NCBI GenBank assembly: GCA_030141605.1
Contig: JAQGDQ010000124.1
Span: 496,001 to 560,000, forward strand
From: Tubiluchus corallicola
Taxonomy: Eukaryota; Animalia; Priapulida
Length of the DNA stretch: 64,000 nucleotides
Direction: 5' to 3'
In this document: piece by piece, positions 26,772 to 41,195 of the stretch
Layout of the letters: every line of letters starts with the position of its first letter
Position numbering within the stretch: position 1 is the first letter of the stretch
Position numbers and translations under genes: made by a program
The notes under the pieces: generated by a model
Databases searched by the model: none
The model's input: only the letters and a program-made list of their open reading frames with translations
What the model was told of the DNA's origin: nothing

Positions 26772-28611
26772 GATCAACACTCGTAAATAATTGTTAAGTT
26801 CACTAGAATAGAAGACCGAGACAAGGTTTTTAGTGTAAAGAAAAAATCAGCTATGTAAAAGAAATTAGATTCTTTGTAACTAGCAAGATGCACATTAACA
26901 TATAAAGCCTCAAGGTCATAAAAGAGCTCTTTGTACATAAAGATAATATTGACATTATTTATTGATTTTAATTTTTTATTAATCTTGTAATTGCGTATAT
27001 TATTTTTTCATTTTTTTTCAATTTAAACAATATTGCACTGTTGCCAGACACTTTGTAAAATTTACTGCTCCAAATCTATGGAACACAATATCAATTTATG
27101 TCACAACACATTGAACATTTTATGGCTTTAAAAGATCCGAATTAATCCTAATTCTAATGCATTCTTTGGGTTTTGCCGTGAAGTGCGATACTCACAGTAC
27201 ATCCTGTGGCTGGTTACTTTACAGTTCTTATTTTCATACGTTTGCATCAAAGTCTCTGCTGAACTTTCTATTTCATTTCTCTTTGCTGTTTGTCTATCTT
27301 ATTGTGTTGCTTTGTCTTTACTATTCTCTGTTTTTCTATAATAGTTTCTCTTGTCAGCTAACCAGTTTTTTCTCCACTTTTCATGGTGGCTTCACAAGCT
27401 TTGCTTCTTAACCACCATCCAGCATATGTTTCTGGTTGATAAACTATTACGTAGTTTAGTAACTGTATTAATATAGTTCTTTTACAATTATTGCAATTAT
27501 ATTTGCATTTTTTCCCTAACTGTATCACATAATAGCATATAAATATAAATTTATTACAATTATTGTAACTATAATTGATTTAATTTATAATAGTTATAAT
27601 GTGATAATGAATATTGTAATTATGCTAAAGTGGGTAATGAATTACAATTACAAAAGTATCTTATTGAAGCACGTGAAGCAGACATATTGAGTCAATTATG
27701 TGGAGTTATCTGAGTCTATTATCGACAGTTTTTATATACATTTGAATAGAAGTGATCTCTACCAGATGTTTTTGAGTCAGTTAGGTGACTGATTGTATTA
27801 ACCATCTGAGTCTAATAAATGATGCCTACTGTATATATATTTACGCAATAATATATATGTGTATGCATATGTATACTTAAAATACCCGCATTATATAATA
27901 AATAAAATATAATAAAATAAAATAAATAATCATAATAAAATAAGTAGTCATCAATAAAAAAATAAATAAATGGTTTGGACATACATTTATTGCTGATATT
28001 TTAGAAATTTTGTGACTAACACATCGTGACGTTGTTAATACAATTAAGAATAATTGCAATAGTTTTTTCTGTCTACTCTTCTACAAGTCTATGAAAACTA
28101 ATGTGATATGTCTGTGTTAGATTCATTTGTCAAGTTCATCCCATTAAGCAGACATTCACTTCTAATTAGTAATTCAGTAATAAAACTAACTCTGCCATTA
28201 ATTTTGCGTAAGTCCTATGCACAGACGCTCAAATGTCACTAAAATTTGCATTAATTTTAGAATTTTCCCTTAACGAGAATACGAGATCGGTTAGACATTT
28301 GCTAAAGGTTGTTCTTGTATCAGTTTGCAATCTTCCTTTTCCTGTCAATAGGGCAACACATGATTTTGTATACTGCTTCACAAGTATATTGTTTACAATA
28401 AACATATACTTTTATAAAAACTTATATAAGTATAAAAATTATTGTTGATGTGAAGTTCTGTTTTTTGGTTAGTTTAGCTGCTGTACTGGTGGCATCAACT
28501 GAAATACCTTCTAATGTATTTTTTTGCTATTATTAATTTAACTATTTGGAGTGTAGCTTTGTTTGACAAGACTTTACAGTTCAATATAATTTGCATTTAA
28601 AATTCTAACAA

Positions 28612-29022
28612 AAATATAAAATGAAAATAATTTAACAATAAAATTAGGTAATATTAACCAAGTTTGTGTTATTATCTAGAAATTATTTTTAAGAATAAAA
28701 CTGAATCGAAAATAGGCTTAAGCTTCATTCGGAAATTTATAATACAAAAGTTTTCCTAGAAAATGAATTTCTAAACATCTAAAATGCTTCATTGTTGCTT
28801 TTGTGAAATGTAACAAAATTTAACAATAAAATGATGTAATATTAACTAAGTTTATGTTATTATGTCGAAGTTATTTTAAGAACAAAACTGAAGTAAAATC
28901 AGGATTAAGTTCAATTAAACTTCTATAAAGGATCATAACGTAAGCAATTCATAACGTAAACATTTTCCTAGCAAATAAAGAAAATAAATTTTAAGCACGT
29001 AAAAAGCTGTATTATTGCCTTC
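28612..29022. repeat. Diverged ~190-bp tandem duplication
   Basis: ATTTAACAATAAAAT..GTAATATTAAC.AAGTTT.TGTTATTAT occurs at about 28630 and 28818, with continued similarity. Confidence 0.7.
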
Positions 29023-29534
29023 AGAATGTTGAAGAATGTAACGATGATTGTGGCACCCTGTCCTGTTACAAAGGCTTTTCATTTGCTTTTTAGATGTTAA
29101 AGGCTATTGCAGTTTTATGCATAGACAGTTATGTAGTGTTCACTTATAATTGCAATTTCTTGCTTGGGCATTGCATTCACGAATGTGCTTATTTTTTAAA
29201 TGTTTGAATTTTTATAATTTGATAGATTATGCAGTGATGTTAGCCGGTCAGACAATCACACTTTTGGGACTATAATGCATTAGGTTTACAAAGTTGATTG
29301 GAAGGTAACCTGTATGTCTTAATGTATTTTGTACTTCAGCTTTTTTAAATAAATGTTCTTTAGAAATGTGACCATACATACGTAGAATAGTATTTTAGAA
29401 TCTTACGTATTTATCTTATATTTATAAGGGTCATGTGGTTGATGTGATCTTAAATAGCCTATTTTTTTTACTTAGAGTAGTTCTATATTCCAGAACTGAA
29501 ATACTGCTTGTTTTTCAGGTTTGTGCTAGCCATC

Positions 29535-29583
29535 ATGGCTGCAAGATTATGGAAGCCTATGTGTCATCTTTTGGAGAATGCAG
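29535..29583 (+). CDS. TPK1: TPK1 coding exon 1 ([16 protein letters not shown])
   Basis: Acceptor TTTTTCAG ends at 29518, ATG at 29535, donor GTATG at 29584; phase 1 joins the next exon. Confidence 0.8.
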
Positions 29584-32500
29584 GTATGCTGATAGGATGG
29601 TCTTAAAAATTATATGAAATTGTGTCATAGATTACTCGAAGAATATTATTCAAGCAACTTTTATTTTAATTTATTTATGTTTCTGATAAAGCTTTATAAC
29701 TTTGAAATCATTTAAATTTTTTTTCACTAATTTTTTAATCTGTTTTGCATTTTAGCATTTTAGTCATAATAATTTTGCAGTTACATTTAATTATGATATC
29801 AGCTATATGTATTTACAGATCTTTTTTATTGCTGCATATTTGAACTTTCGTCTCCTCTGTTGTATTTGTACATGCATTAAATATGCTTAAAGGGTGATCA
29901 CATTTTACCATGTGATTTTTCTTAGTTGCACTGTGCTTATAACTTTCTCTTCTGAAGTTTTCTATATTTTGCTGTAAATAGTTAACATTAAAGATAGTTA
30001 CAAAATTTTGGCCTGATACATTTTTGATTAAAAAAATTATTGCACTCAAGCAGTTATCTTTAAAATAATCATGTACAACATGATAGTTATCTATATAAAA
30101 TTTTTACAACAGTTAAGTTTTTTAGAAACAACACAGAAACAACTTGTGAGTTGCATATGTTTTATTTTCTCAATTGTTACTTACATAGTTATATGTTTTG
30201 TTAGTTTAGATTCTTCTCCATAAAAGTTAAATTCATAATGTTAATGCATCCAGTTGAATGCTCTTAAATCATGTCAAATGTCAAGTCAATTTATTTCATG
30301 TAAACTTACTTTTCTTCTAAGTTTGTGTTTTGCGTGTAGTCATTGTGAAATGTGGTGGACTGAAAGTATAGTAAAAATGTTCTCTGCTAACCTAATTTTC
30401 ATTTACGTGGTTGTTTATCAAACAATAGGTCTACATGCCTTGCATTAATGAGCGAATATTTATTGAACTAAATGGTTTGTAGTATTCTATGATTGTTTTA
30501 CTTCCAGAATGCAAAGTTGCTCTTGTAATATTAAACCAACCTCTTACAGACTTGCGTACATGGTTCAAAACAGTGTGGCGAAAAGGTATGCTAGTTAACT
30601 GTGAATCTGGCAGAAGCTTTTATAAAAAGCCTTCGTTTGTTGATTTTTTATTACCAGTGTATGTTTGCGTTTCGCATCAGAAGAGTGGTACATAAATGTA
30701 TGTTGCTTAAAGAACCTGCTGGCCACCCATTTCCTTACATCTTAACATGTAGATGGTATTGTCTAGGAACAATTTTATAGATTTTTATAAGCGTATGAAT
30801 GAGACCGTCTTCATCCCAACATGTAATAAAAATTCAACTTACTTTAGTAACTAAAATCTTCAGATTTGACCAATTCTGTGGCAGAAAAACTATGCGAACC
30901 TTTTAACACATTTCTTGAGCAAAATCTTAGAGACAATAAAAAGAAATATTGTGCAATAGTCTGTACAATTTCACTTAATCTTTTCTGTATGATCAACTCA
31001 ATCCTCTATGTCAAATACATTTGTAAAACCGGCGGTTTCAGTGATGCTGAACGGAAATGTAAAAAATATTGTTCTGTATTTTACAGCTGTTTTTCGGTCT
31101 TGTGTTGATGGGGGTGCTAATGTTCTATATGATGAAACAGTATCTCAAAATGGGACAAATACTACCATCCCTGACCTTATATCCGGTGATTTTGATTCAA
31201 TACGGCGCGAAGTAAAAGAATATTATGCTGAAAAGGTAAGAAAAGATCTCATTGCTTGGGAGTCGCAGTTTAATAAAAAACAAAGATGTTCATCAAAATC
31301 GTAAAGATCCACGTCTTTATACTGATTTCGAGCATCCCCGGTTCACCTTCGTTTGTGCTTTTTTTAGTACAAAAAACTTTCTAGGAAAACTTATATCTTC
31401 TCCACGACCACTTTGTGTTGTCAGAATTTTTTATAATTTCTTTTTTAAAAACTGTTTTTAAAACTAATTTTTTTAAATTCTGCGGGTATAGTCTTAGATG
31501 TTTGAGATTGTGCCTTTCTTTGTTTGTATTTTGTCTTTCGTAGATCTATTCTAGTATGCACTTAGAAAACCTATACATTTTTACAGAGCTGAGAATGTAT
31601 TTAATCCAAAAACAATATCTTTATTTTTTGTTTTGATATCAAATGAATCCTTCTATCAAATTTAGAAACAGAGATATGAGAAGAATTTTTATATCGACAG
31701 TGGCCATTTTGAATTTCAAGATTCTCAAAAAAATGAAAAGATATATATGTATTTTGATATTCCGTATAGCCTGGCGATTACCAAAAAAAACTGTAATTTA
31801 GCAAATCTTCAAAAAATTTGAACGAAATTACACAAGGAACTGGACAAACCTGCAGATCTTCAACTGTAAATATTATTATCTTAAAGGAAGACAGGATGAT
31901 TTTTCATATACTAACCCATTTTCAAGTACTTTAAAAAGTATACATTTTAACACAATTATTAATGCAAAAGCGTTTCTGATAATTAAATAATAGATTAAAA
32001 TCTTAATTAACGGTGGGCGAGCCCAGCTATTGATGACATCACAAACTAACATAATGTTCAACAGCAAAACTATTTCACACGTGTTTGCGAAAGTGAAAAT
32101 TGAAGAACTGTGCTAACTAGCGAATGGTGAAATGCGTGTAACAGCGAAGAACTAGTGGCGCGAACATGAATTTGTGTTTGTGTGGTAATAATTCTTTCAC
32201 ATTAGTCATTTTTAAAAAAATAGTGTGTTCCCTTTCAATATTGTTTTGACCTACAGAAAGGGTCTGGTTTCGCTTTAATCATTCACTAGTTCTCTCAATA
32301 TTTCCAAATTATCTAGTTTGGTTTTCTACTGAAAAGTTCCTAGTTCTAGATATGAATCGATCTTCTAATTTTTATTGTGAGCTAAAATAATCCGTGGATA
32401 ATAGAATATTCTTTGAAAGTTAAACTCAGATAATATAAATGTGAAGAATTGGTTTTGATTATAATTGTTTTTAATATATATTTTTCCTTTGTATTCTTGG

Positions 32501-35366
32501 CTGAATTTTGACATCAGGATTAATTAAATAGGTATACTCATCATCTAACTGATACTCTCAAAAACTACGATTGCACTTGTGCTGTGTTCTAATATATTAA
32601 TTTAAGACCATTTACAGATTTATAAATAAAAAAATTGAGTTCTGTTAATCTGGATATTTTGTCTTGTTGTGTTCAGTCTCTTTTGTTAAACTGTAATTTA
32701 CTTCACTTATTGTAAATGCTGTTTTTTTAATATGTGGAAACAGGGGGTAGAAGTTGTGCCGACACCAAATCAGGATGAGACAGATTTTACAAAGAATCTA
32801 CGACTGCTGTTAGACAGAGTCAAGCGAAGAAACATTGAGGTAACTAGAATTATTTCATCAATCCAGACCAGAGATTGCTAATTTTCACACTTGTTTTTTA
32901 TTTTTTTTTGGCTGTGACGAATGTACAGTACCTAGATTATTGACTTTTGCTGCATTAACTGTCAAAGTTCATATGTTAATGAATGCCTAATTTCAACAAT
33001 GTAGGGATGTTTGAACTGTTGAAATAGTAAACTTGGAGTTACGTGAAATTTTGTGATTTAACACTAGAGTTTTGTTATTCCCTCAACCAAACATTTCTGT
33101 TCAGTACTTAAGAAATTTATTACATCATCGCATTTTTGCCTTGGAGAGATGAAAATTAAGGCAAAATCAAGTTGAGTCATACTAGCAATACGCAATGAAA
33201 ACAGAGTGAATAATATTTTAGTTCACAAACAACAAAATATTTAATGGATAGTCTTTAGTCAAAAAATTTTTAGCTAGAAAGCCTTTTTTATCGACATTTA
33301 TGTTGACAGTAAATATATGTAAATCAAAAGATACTTACTTAATTGCTATTTTTAGTTTAAAGTGTTTGCTATTATAGGTGAACAGTATTGTGGCTTGTGT
33401 TGGTTTTGCTGGTATAGAAGGACGAGTTGACCACGCATTTGGGTTATTGCAGTCACTCTACCTAGCGCACACAATGACGGATTTACCTGTATATCTAATG
33501 GGTGGCCAATCCGTTTCTGTTCTTTTGCCACAGGTAGACATAGCCTATTAGCAAATTGTTGACTTTTTACACAATTGCCAGTTATTTTATGACACGAGAA
33601 ATTAAACTGTAGCATATTTATATATGCAAGCGTAGTTTATTATTATGATCTAGGATTGCTTGCTTATGTTGCTGATGCAGTTTGCTGCTCAGAATTTAGA
33701 TAAAACCTGGGACACTGTCTACAGTTTGCAAACATTTTCAAACAAATGCACGTGCATTCACAATGTGCAGTATTTGCAGAAGCTAATTAGAGAATTGCAA
33801 AGAAATGGAATTGGATCGTATGACTAGGTCTTTATTCGGGTATAACTTATTTTTTCCCCGTTTCAACTGAGGTCCCGTTTTCTGAATAAGCTCTGCTGTG
33901 CATGGTGGTTTTTTATATTGATAGATAGTTTTCGGATAATGACTATGCGTCGTATGGCCGCGTAGATAAGACATGCTGTATCCATTCTAACTCTGTGTAA
34001 TAACTTTGTGAAGAGAAATTTTGGCTGCTGTAAATGTTGTTCTGCTTTATTGGTGTGCATGGGAACTAATTATAAATTGTAGCTAGGCAAACTATTTACT
34101 GCTTTTAATATTGTTATTAAACATAGCAAAAAGACCCTTTTTTCAATGCTAGGAAGCAAGAGGGAAAATAAGAATAAAATTGATCAAAAATTAGCCCTTA
34201 TTTTTCTTGTTTTGCTTACCATTTTATGAAAAATTGGTTCAAAATTGCTATGTGTGTCATCAGTAGTGCAGTCTGTTCGCTTATTAAATTTTTTTTTTAA
34301 GAATTGACTCGTGATTCACTTAGATTTATTTTAAGTGATGTGGTAAATCTTCCAAGCGAAATGACATAAATGAAATTGGTTTGTTTTGAAAAATGTTTGT
34401 AACTTTTGAGCTACTGGTAGGGTAAATTTAAAAGTATATTTTTGACATTTTTTCCCTTAAAGTTAGATTGCTTTAATCGTGTCTCATAAACTAATTGAAG
34501 TTTGTATTATTAAAATTGCTTGCATATATTAATTGGTAGTAGTTTTGCCACATTAAAGTCTGTATAATTAAACTGTATGTTGCCTTTGATTCTCTAACAT
34601 AATATTTATTTTTGGTTATGACTTTTTTGATAATTTATCTTAATTTTAGGGATCTCATGTACTTGAAGTTAATTCGGGATATGAAAACAGATACTGTGGG
34701 TTAATACCGATTGGTTGTCGCTGTGATAACGTGAGCACTCGAGGACTAAAATGGAACTTGCGTAAGTCTTATGCAAGTGTAAATACATATATACCTATAG
34801 CACTAGTAAAATAGATACATGCACAGTGATGCGTTGTCTCTTGCTACTTATTTAAATATTTCATTACTCTGATGTCTGGAATATATTTTTATACTAGTAG
34901 TGAAAGTTTACTCGTTAACAGTGAAACTGAAACCTGTTTTGAACACAATTACTTCTTAGATTTTTGACAAAAAGCAAACTAGTTTTTACGAAACCATGCT
35001 CTTAGATGAGTTTGCTGCGGACTTGGTCGCTATACAGTCTAAAAGATGCTGTAGGCTGTCAAATTGCAGCCAACCTGTGACAACAGCAGTCATAACTTCA
35101 CTTTTTCGACAAGCAAAATCGTTGACCATTGTATTTGCAAGCCAGTAACTCGACTATACTACTTTTGTTGATCTATGTTCTAAGCTTAGTTGGAGCTGTT
35201 GTCTTTAGGCATTTTATTGTTTTTTTCTTCAGATAACACTAGTCTTGGTTTTGGATCCCTAATTAGTACATCTAATGAACTAGATGGATCTGGTTACGTC
35301 CATATTACCACTGATAAGCCTCTATTCTGGACAATGAGTATTACATTCAGCAATAGTAAAATGTGA
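29535..35366 (+). CDS. TPK1: Thiamine pyrophosphokinase 1, 7 coding exons, 257 aa
   Basis: Exons 29535-29583, 30508-30585, 31087-31235, 32744-32839, 33378-33533, 34650-34761 and 35233-35366; all GT-AG and phase-compatible, total 774 nt. Motifs [63 protein letters not shown]. Confidence 0.96.
30508..30585 (+). CDS. TPK1: TPK1 coding exon 2 ([13 protein letters not shown]...VWRK)
   Basis: CTTCCAG acceptor, GTATG donor, conserved LVILNQPL. Confidence 0.92.
31087..31235 (+). CDS. TPK1: TPK1 coding exon 3 ([12 protein letters not shown]...[17 protein letters not shown])
   Basis: TTTTACAG acceptor, GTAAG donor, DGGAN and GDFDS motifs. Confidence 0.95.
32744..32839 (+). CDS. TPK1: TPK1 coding exon 4 ([17 protein letters not shown]...)
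   Basis: CAG acceptor, GTAAC donor, TDFTK motif. Confidence 0.93.
33378..33533 (+). CDS. TPK1: TPK1 coding exon 5 ([19 protein letters not shown]...LLPQ)
   Basis: ATTATAG acceptor, GTAGA donor, GR-x-DH motif. Confidence 0.9.
34650..34761 (+). CDS. TPK1: TPK1 coding exon 6 (GSHVLEV...CGLIPIG...GLKWNL)
   Basis: TTTTAG acceptor, GTAAGT donor. Confidence 0.95.
35233..35366 (+). CDS. TPK1: TPK1 last coding exon (...FGSLISTSN...[17 protein letters not shown])
   Basis: Polypyrimidine tract plus CAG acceptor, ISTSN motif, TGA at 35364-35366. Confidence 0.95.
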
Positions 35367-36652
35367 AACATGTGACACTGATTCTTAGGTGCTAATACAC
35401 TGCACAAATCATTTGTATAAAGTGTCAGACAGTACTTATATTATTAGCAAAGTGTCTTGTATAGGTAAACTTGCATTTTTTATATAATCCTGTTGCTTTA
35501 GTGATGGTTGTCAACAGCAACCAGTTCTTTGCCACAATAGAGTTATGATTGCCATTGTCAACACCTGTCACAGTGTTTAGACTGGCTGGTATAGCAACTA
35601 AATTGCAGAGGTGTTATTTGCAACTTGTCTTACCTTGATCTGACTTAGTTCAATGCTCCATTGCTCAAGTGTTTACAATTTTTTTGGAAAGATGTGACAG
35701 TCATGTTACATATTGATAAAGTAACAATTCAGATTTAATTGCTCACCTGTAGAATTCAGGAAATGAAAGTGTAGACATTGTAGGTCTAATCGATTATCTC
35801 TGTTGTGGTTTAGGTTTGCAAGCCTCTCTGATGCTGTATATAAGACATTTCATTTTCTTGTTCTTTGTGATATTGTAATTTGTTGCTTCATAATCCATAC
35901 ATAATTCTAACATCGTTGTTATTGAGTCACTGATTCTCTTGTTGATGTTTTATTGTTTAATTTATTTTTGTGCACTAACATTTGAGTGCAAGACGTATTT
36001 TTCTACAACTTATCATAAGCTTGTAGAATTGTTAACTATTATTGTCACCTCTGCTTATAGTTAGTCATTTAACGATTGACCTTGCTGACTTATTTTCATT
36101 GAGAGCAAACAAATTTTTTTTGTTCTTTATTAATAGGTGAAAATGTCTGACTAAGTATTAACGACTAGTGTTTCAGAAATAATATTAAAAACAGGTTTTT
36201 ATCTCATGTGTTGCTATTAGCGAGGAGTATGTTGAAAAATTGATTTGCTTAGCTGAATGTTTCATATAACTCATTCTCATTGTTTGCAAGCTAGTGTATT
36301 TGTGAGTTCAGTGCAACTTAGCATTGAAGCTACTAGGCATATAGAGTTTAAAAAATCTATGATTTCTCCATTATGTACTGATATAAGACTTAACAGGCCT
36401 ACTTATTGACTACCTACATGTTTATTCTTGTTCTTTGAGCTTATTATGTATTATAATTATTGCTGCTATTGCTTCTTAGATATGCAGCTAAATGTGTTTT
36501 TTTGATGGTAGATAACATTCCCTAGGTATTTAGAAATTAATGTTAGAAATGCTAAGACTTTGTGCCTACAGAAAGGTATTAAAGTGACTGATGCTGTTAT
36601 TAATCTGTAAACTTGGGATTTATTGTGAAGGTCTCAGTTTCTTAGACGATTC

Positions 36653-36863
36653 AAGTAATAGGCAGAACTGATAGACATTAAGCTTTTGCTAACATTCCTT
36701 CTGAGTTATTGAATGGCAAAGATTGTAGTTGCAATAGGTAGGCTAATGGTCTTAGTTTGTTAGATGATAAAAGTAATAGGCAGAACTGATAGACATTAAG
36801 CTTTTGCTAACATTCCTTCTGAGTTATTGAATGGCAAAGACTGTAGTTGCAATAGGTAGGCTA
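36653..36863. repeat. Near-perfect 93-bp direct duplication downstream of TPK1
   Basis: 36653-36745 and 36771-36863 are nearly identical. Confidence 0.9.
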
Positions 36864-37530
36864 TTTTTACGTTAAACTTAGCTTTGTTGTTGTTAAAAAT
36901 GTCATGAAATGTTAATAAACATTTAAAGTGAGAGATTGAGCTTGTAGTCATTGACTTTTGAAATTAAACTTGGCAAAAGAGAGAAGATTTGAAAAAGTTT
37001 GACTAAGTCTGGATTTAAATCTGGACAATTTTGATCAATCCATATTCTGACCACTACACTTAGAAATAATTACTGATTAATAGAACAGTTATTAATATCC
37101 TTAATTTTGGGGTTATCACTAAATAATGGAGTAAACCCACAGTCATTATTTTTTATTAAAACTTGACCAAAACAAAGAATTGTGAGAATTTGCAATTGAG
37201 TCTAAATTTTAACCAGGAAGCTTTTGGATATGTCCAATGCTTGTGGTCTAGCCAAATCTTAATTTAAAATATACTCAAATTATTAGCTTACTTGTTCATT
37301 CAATAGTCTTTAGCGGGCTAGTCTACTGGCCTGCTAAACCATCATCATGTCCTTTAAAAATGTTCCGTTTTTTTGTAATAATTGTTCAAATTTCATTTAA
37401 TTTTAACGGCCCTGCAGCTGTAAGTAAATTAAATAAACCGTTTCTATCAATATAAATATTTTTTATTTTATTTTTTAACCTGAATAAACTTATCTCAGCT
37501 TATTAGCCCACTGTGTCCTGATTTTGCATT

Positions 37531-37681
37531 GACTACTGCAAGCTGCTGCAACCACATGTAGGTTCATGATTACTGCAAGCTTCTGCAACCACATGTAGGT
37601 TGATGACTACTGCAAGCTTCTGCAACCACATGTAGGTTCATGACTACTGCAAGCTTCTGCAACCACATATAGGTTCATGAC
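37531..37681. repeat. 37-bp minisatellite, 4 copies
   Basis: Unit GACTACTGCAAGCTTCTGCAACCACATGTAGGTTCAT. Confidence 0.93.
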
Positions 37682-38071
37682 TCAGTCTGTTCTTATTTTA
37701 GGCCTACAGAATTGTATCGTCCATTTGACTCAAGTCTGGCTTAGGGTCAAGCCTGCAATCTTTAAATTTCAATGTCGATGTCGGTTACTACTTTATTTTG
37801 CAACTTTTATGGGACGGTGTTCTCAGGATCATTCTTGGTTCACTCAGCAAAAGCCGCTACCTGTCGGAGGTAATAGACAGATGCAAAATAAACAAGCTCT
37901 GTAAAAGTTAACGCTAAATTTATCTTTATGGGCAAATAGGAATCTTTACTGTTCACATAAGTTTTGAGGAATCGGATGGCTCCCGGAGGAGACGAAAAGA
38001 AGAACAAAAAACAGAGTTCAGGTAGCAATAATACGACAAATTCGCTCAGCCAGAGAGCGGTTACGAGACAG

Positions 38072-38801
38072 TTGACTCTTCGCTGACGACATGTTTCTTT
38101 TTATCAGACACCAATTTACAGTCTCTCCAAAATCGAACTAATTCTGAATTGTTAAAAGTCAATAATTGGATGTTAGCCAACAGCCTGTCAGTAAAGTACA
38201 TGCTAATTGGAAGGAGCATATCACAAAATGAGAAATTGCTGTTTAATTTAAAAATAGGTAACCATGATTTAGTTCAAACCAACTGCATTAAGTACCTTGG
38301 GCTCCAAATTGACAGTAATATAAAATGGAAAACTCATATTAATACTATAACAACAAAACTAAGTAAGACTGCAGGTATATTTGCAAAACCACGTTACTTT
38401 ATTAATATGCCAATCCTCATAATGATATATTATGCTTTAGTGTATCCATACTTACAGTACTGTGTGCTGTGCTGGGGAAAAACTAAGCAATATATACTAC
38501 AACCACTTACCACCTTACAAAACAAAATTGTTAAATTAATTACATTCTCTCATTACAAAAGGACATGCTACACCTTCGTATAAACAGTAATATATACTAA
38601 AAGTCTGCGATATATATAGTGTGGAACTCTAAGTTTATGTACAAGTACAAGTACAAAACAGGCACTTTGCCAGGTATATATAAGAACTATTTTTTAAAAA
38701 TAAACGAAGTCCATTCATACTCCACGAGATCCTCAAAAAAGGTTTCTACTTACAAAATAGGTACAAGACAATATGGCTTGAACTCTCTACACCGTTTATA
38801 A
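38072..38801 (+). mobile_element. Decayed L2/Crack-like LINE ORF2 fragment
   Basis: LFADD at about 38077; ORF 38149-38583 has KYLGLQID..KWKTHI and YYALVYPYLQYC..WG; ORF 38619-38801 has HSYSTRS. Confidence 0.85.
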
Positions 38802-39539
38802 AGCCTGCATTGGGCTATGTGGATGCAGAAAAACTGATTGCTCCCTCTAGCAATTCTTCTGCAGTGGCTTGTGGAAAAAGGTCAAGGTCACTTGTTACCT
38901 GGCAACATCACACTACTGGACATGTATGCATTATAATACACATTCGCTTAGCCTGTTTGGTAAAAGCTATTACGTAATTTATTCAACAGCTACTTTGCAC
39001 ACCTAGATATGCAGTAATGCAATTATAATTCTTATAATGGGATATTCACAACATCTACATAAAACAACATTCAGTATAAAAACAGCTGGAAAGGACAAAT
39101 TTCAGTTTTTTCACACCTGTCAGAAGCCAGACACTTTTTACTTGCAGAGAACACTGGTTTAGTTGGTAATGGTGGACGATCTCTCTGCAAAATAATAAAA
39201 GTTTATAAAATTGTACTGAAGTTAAAACACACAAAAACACATTTTATACAGCATGTACACAGAATCATCTACAAGTAAATGCAGAGCAAATTTAATCACA
39301 ATAAGTCACAAAAAGTTTATTTTGCAAAAACATTAGACTACTCGCCCTACTGTCGGTGGAAAATGCAAATACATGCAAGAAAAGTTGACGTTCTGTTAAT
39401 ACTGCGAATTCAGCGATTCGTTAAGACCAATACAAGGGTCAGTGGTTTAATCCGTTTGACATTCTTTATAATTTCAGCTATGTGATCTTTAAAATTTAGT
39501 TTATTGTCTAGTAATAATTCAAGGTTTTTCTCACAAGCA

Positions 39540-39710
39540 CTAAAGTTGAGTGATGCCGGAATGCCATTTACCTCATACATGTTATTTTTTACTCATATCC
39601 AGCTCTCACAGACACAAACTTTGCACTTGACGGGAAGGAACTGCATACCATTTTCAACTGTCCAATCGTAGAGCCATTCTAGATCCAAATGCAGGTCACT
39701 ACAGCTATAC
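39540..39710 (-). mobile_element. Small LINE RT fragment
   Basis: Minus strand reads DLEWLYDWTVENGMQFLPVKCKV, typical of the region just after the RT active site. Confidence 0.6.
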
Positions 39711-40957
39711 TTTAAGACACAAAAATATTGAAATTACCACACAATGTACACATATGAAATGTCTTGCTCAAAACTGTAAAAGAAATTTATAATCATCCTT
39801 AACTCCAGCTGGGTTACTTAGTTTATACTTTAGGGAGTTCAGTTATAGTTTGTTAAGATAACTATTCTGTTACTTTGTTGGGTTATTTAACGCTATTACA
39901 TTACCATCTGTAACTGTTTTTTATTGCAAAAGTTTATGACAACGAGATCATCAAAAAGCAAAAAATAGTATTAATAATCTCTAATTTAACGGTTTGAATA
40001 GTTTATACATGTCGTTGATAATTGTAGCTGCACCTGCAAAAAAAGATTGTTCAACTACATGGGAGGATAAGGGTTACTAACTGCACAGTTTCATTGAAAA
40101 TGAGCGGACCCAAACATGACATGGACGGGACTTTAAATTAATTTTACTAATTACACGAGGCGCTGATCAAAGTTTTACTGCTGAAACTTTCTAACATTTT
40201 TGAAAAAAATTAGAATAAGCTGAACATTCTGAAAGACTTAGTTTTTGCTTTAAAGCTGGCTGAAAGAAGTGGAATTAAGCAAACTTGTGTGTAGAACGGC
40301 AGCTTAGCAGGCAGAATAATTAAATCAATTAGAACTTAAAGTCATATTATAAGAAAGCCTGCAATTTCCATTAAAAGATATCATACGTAGGTCAAAATTA
40401 AACATATTTATCAATCGAATTAATACGTAGATAAAATTAAAAAGTTTACATTTTTCAGGTAACCTGATTGCAAAATAGTAGTGTAATAAACATCATATCA
40501 AAAACAATGTTTTAATAAAAACAGTTGTTAGGTTACTACTAAGAAAGTGGGAAGGGCTGACAATAAAAATACTGCTGTTTTCGTCTAATCATCCATGTAA
40601 TATTTTTTTATCATAATTATGTTATCGTATTGCTTATAGCGATCCTTTTGTATGCTAATTTTTTTTCGTTTCCTAAATTAGCTCAATTCAAAAAAATATT
40701 ATCGTGCTTTTTAAATTCCCTTAATTCATTATCTACCAAACACTTTGTAATTCTGTAAATTTTGACGAGACTTTCACCTCACATTTGAAGAAAAGAGCAA
40801 TTTATATCGAATAATAATGATAGTGTTTAAAGCAAAGTATTTAACAACCCTGTTCAAGCTGGTGAAACATAATTTATTTTAAGTCGTTTAATCCAGTTGT
40901 GTATTATTATTATAATATATTATTATTTAAATCATTAATAAATGATTATAATTATGA

Positions 40958-41195
40958 TATCTGACGAATCGAGCGATGACGTACCAGATCTTCACTAAGT
41001 GACTACGTACACAGGCAATGACGTCATAAATACTCACTCTTTACCTGAGTGACAACCGCGTCTCTTTGATTTTTATCGTTTTACCTAACAAATCTGTAAA
41101 GAGAAGGATGCTGTTCTTCAAGCAAAAGAAGACTTAGTGGAACTTTTGTTTGTCCGAGGGTGCACGCGTAGAGTCCAAGGAAGACAGGTACACAG
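40958..41195 (+). promoter_or_regulatory. Candidate promoter/first-exon module 0 (most diverged)
   Basis: TGACG half-sites, perfect TGACGTCA(TAAA) at 41019, donor GACAG/GTACACAGA at 41188 similar to those at 48063 and 52825; no TAGCAAC motif. Confidence 0.4.

Noticed and set aside
24000-37500. TPP riboswitch associated with the TPK1 gene
   Set aside because: I found no CUGAGA..ACCUGA..AAU..GCG.AGG arrangement by eye; isolated GCTGAGA hits lack the rest. An Infernal search with the Rfam TPP model would be decisive.
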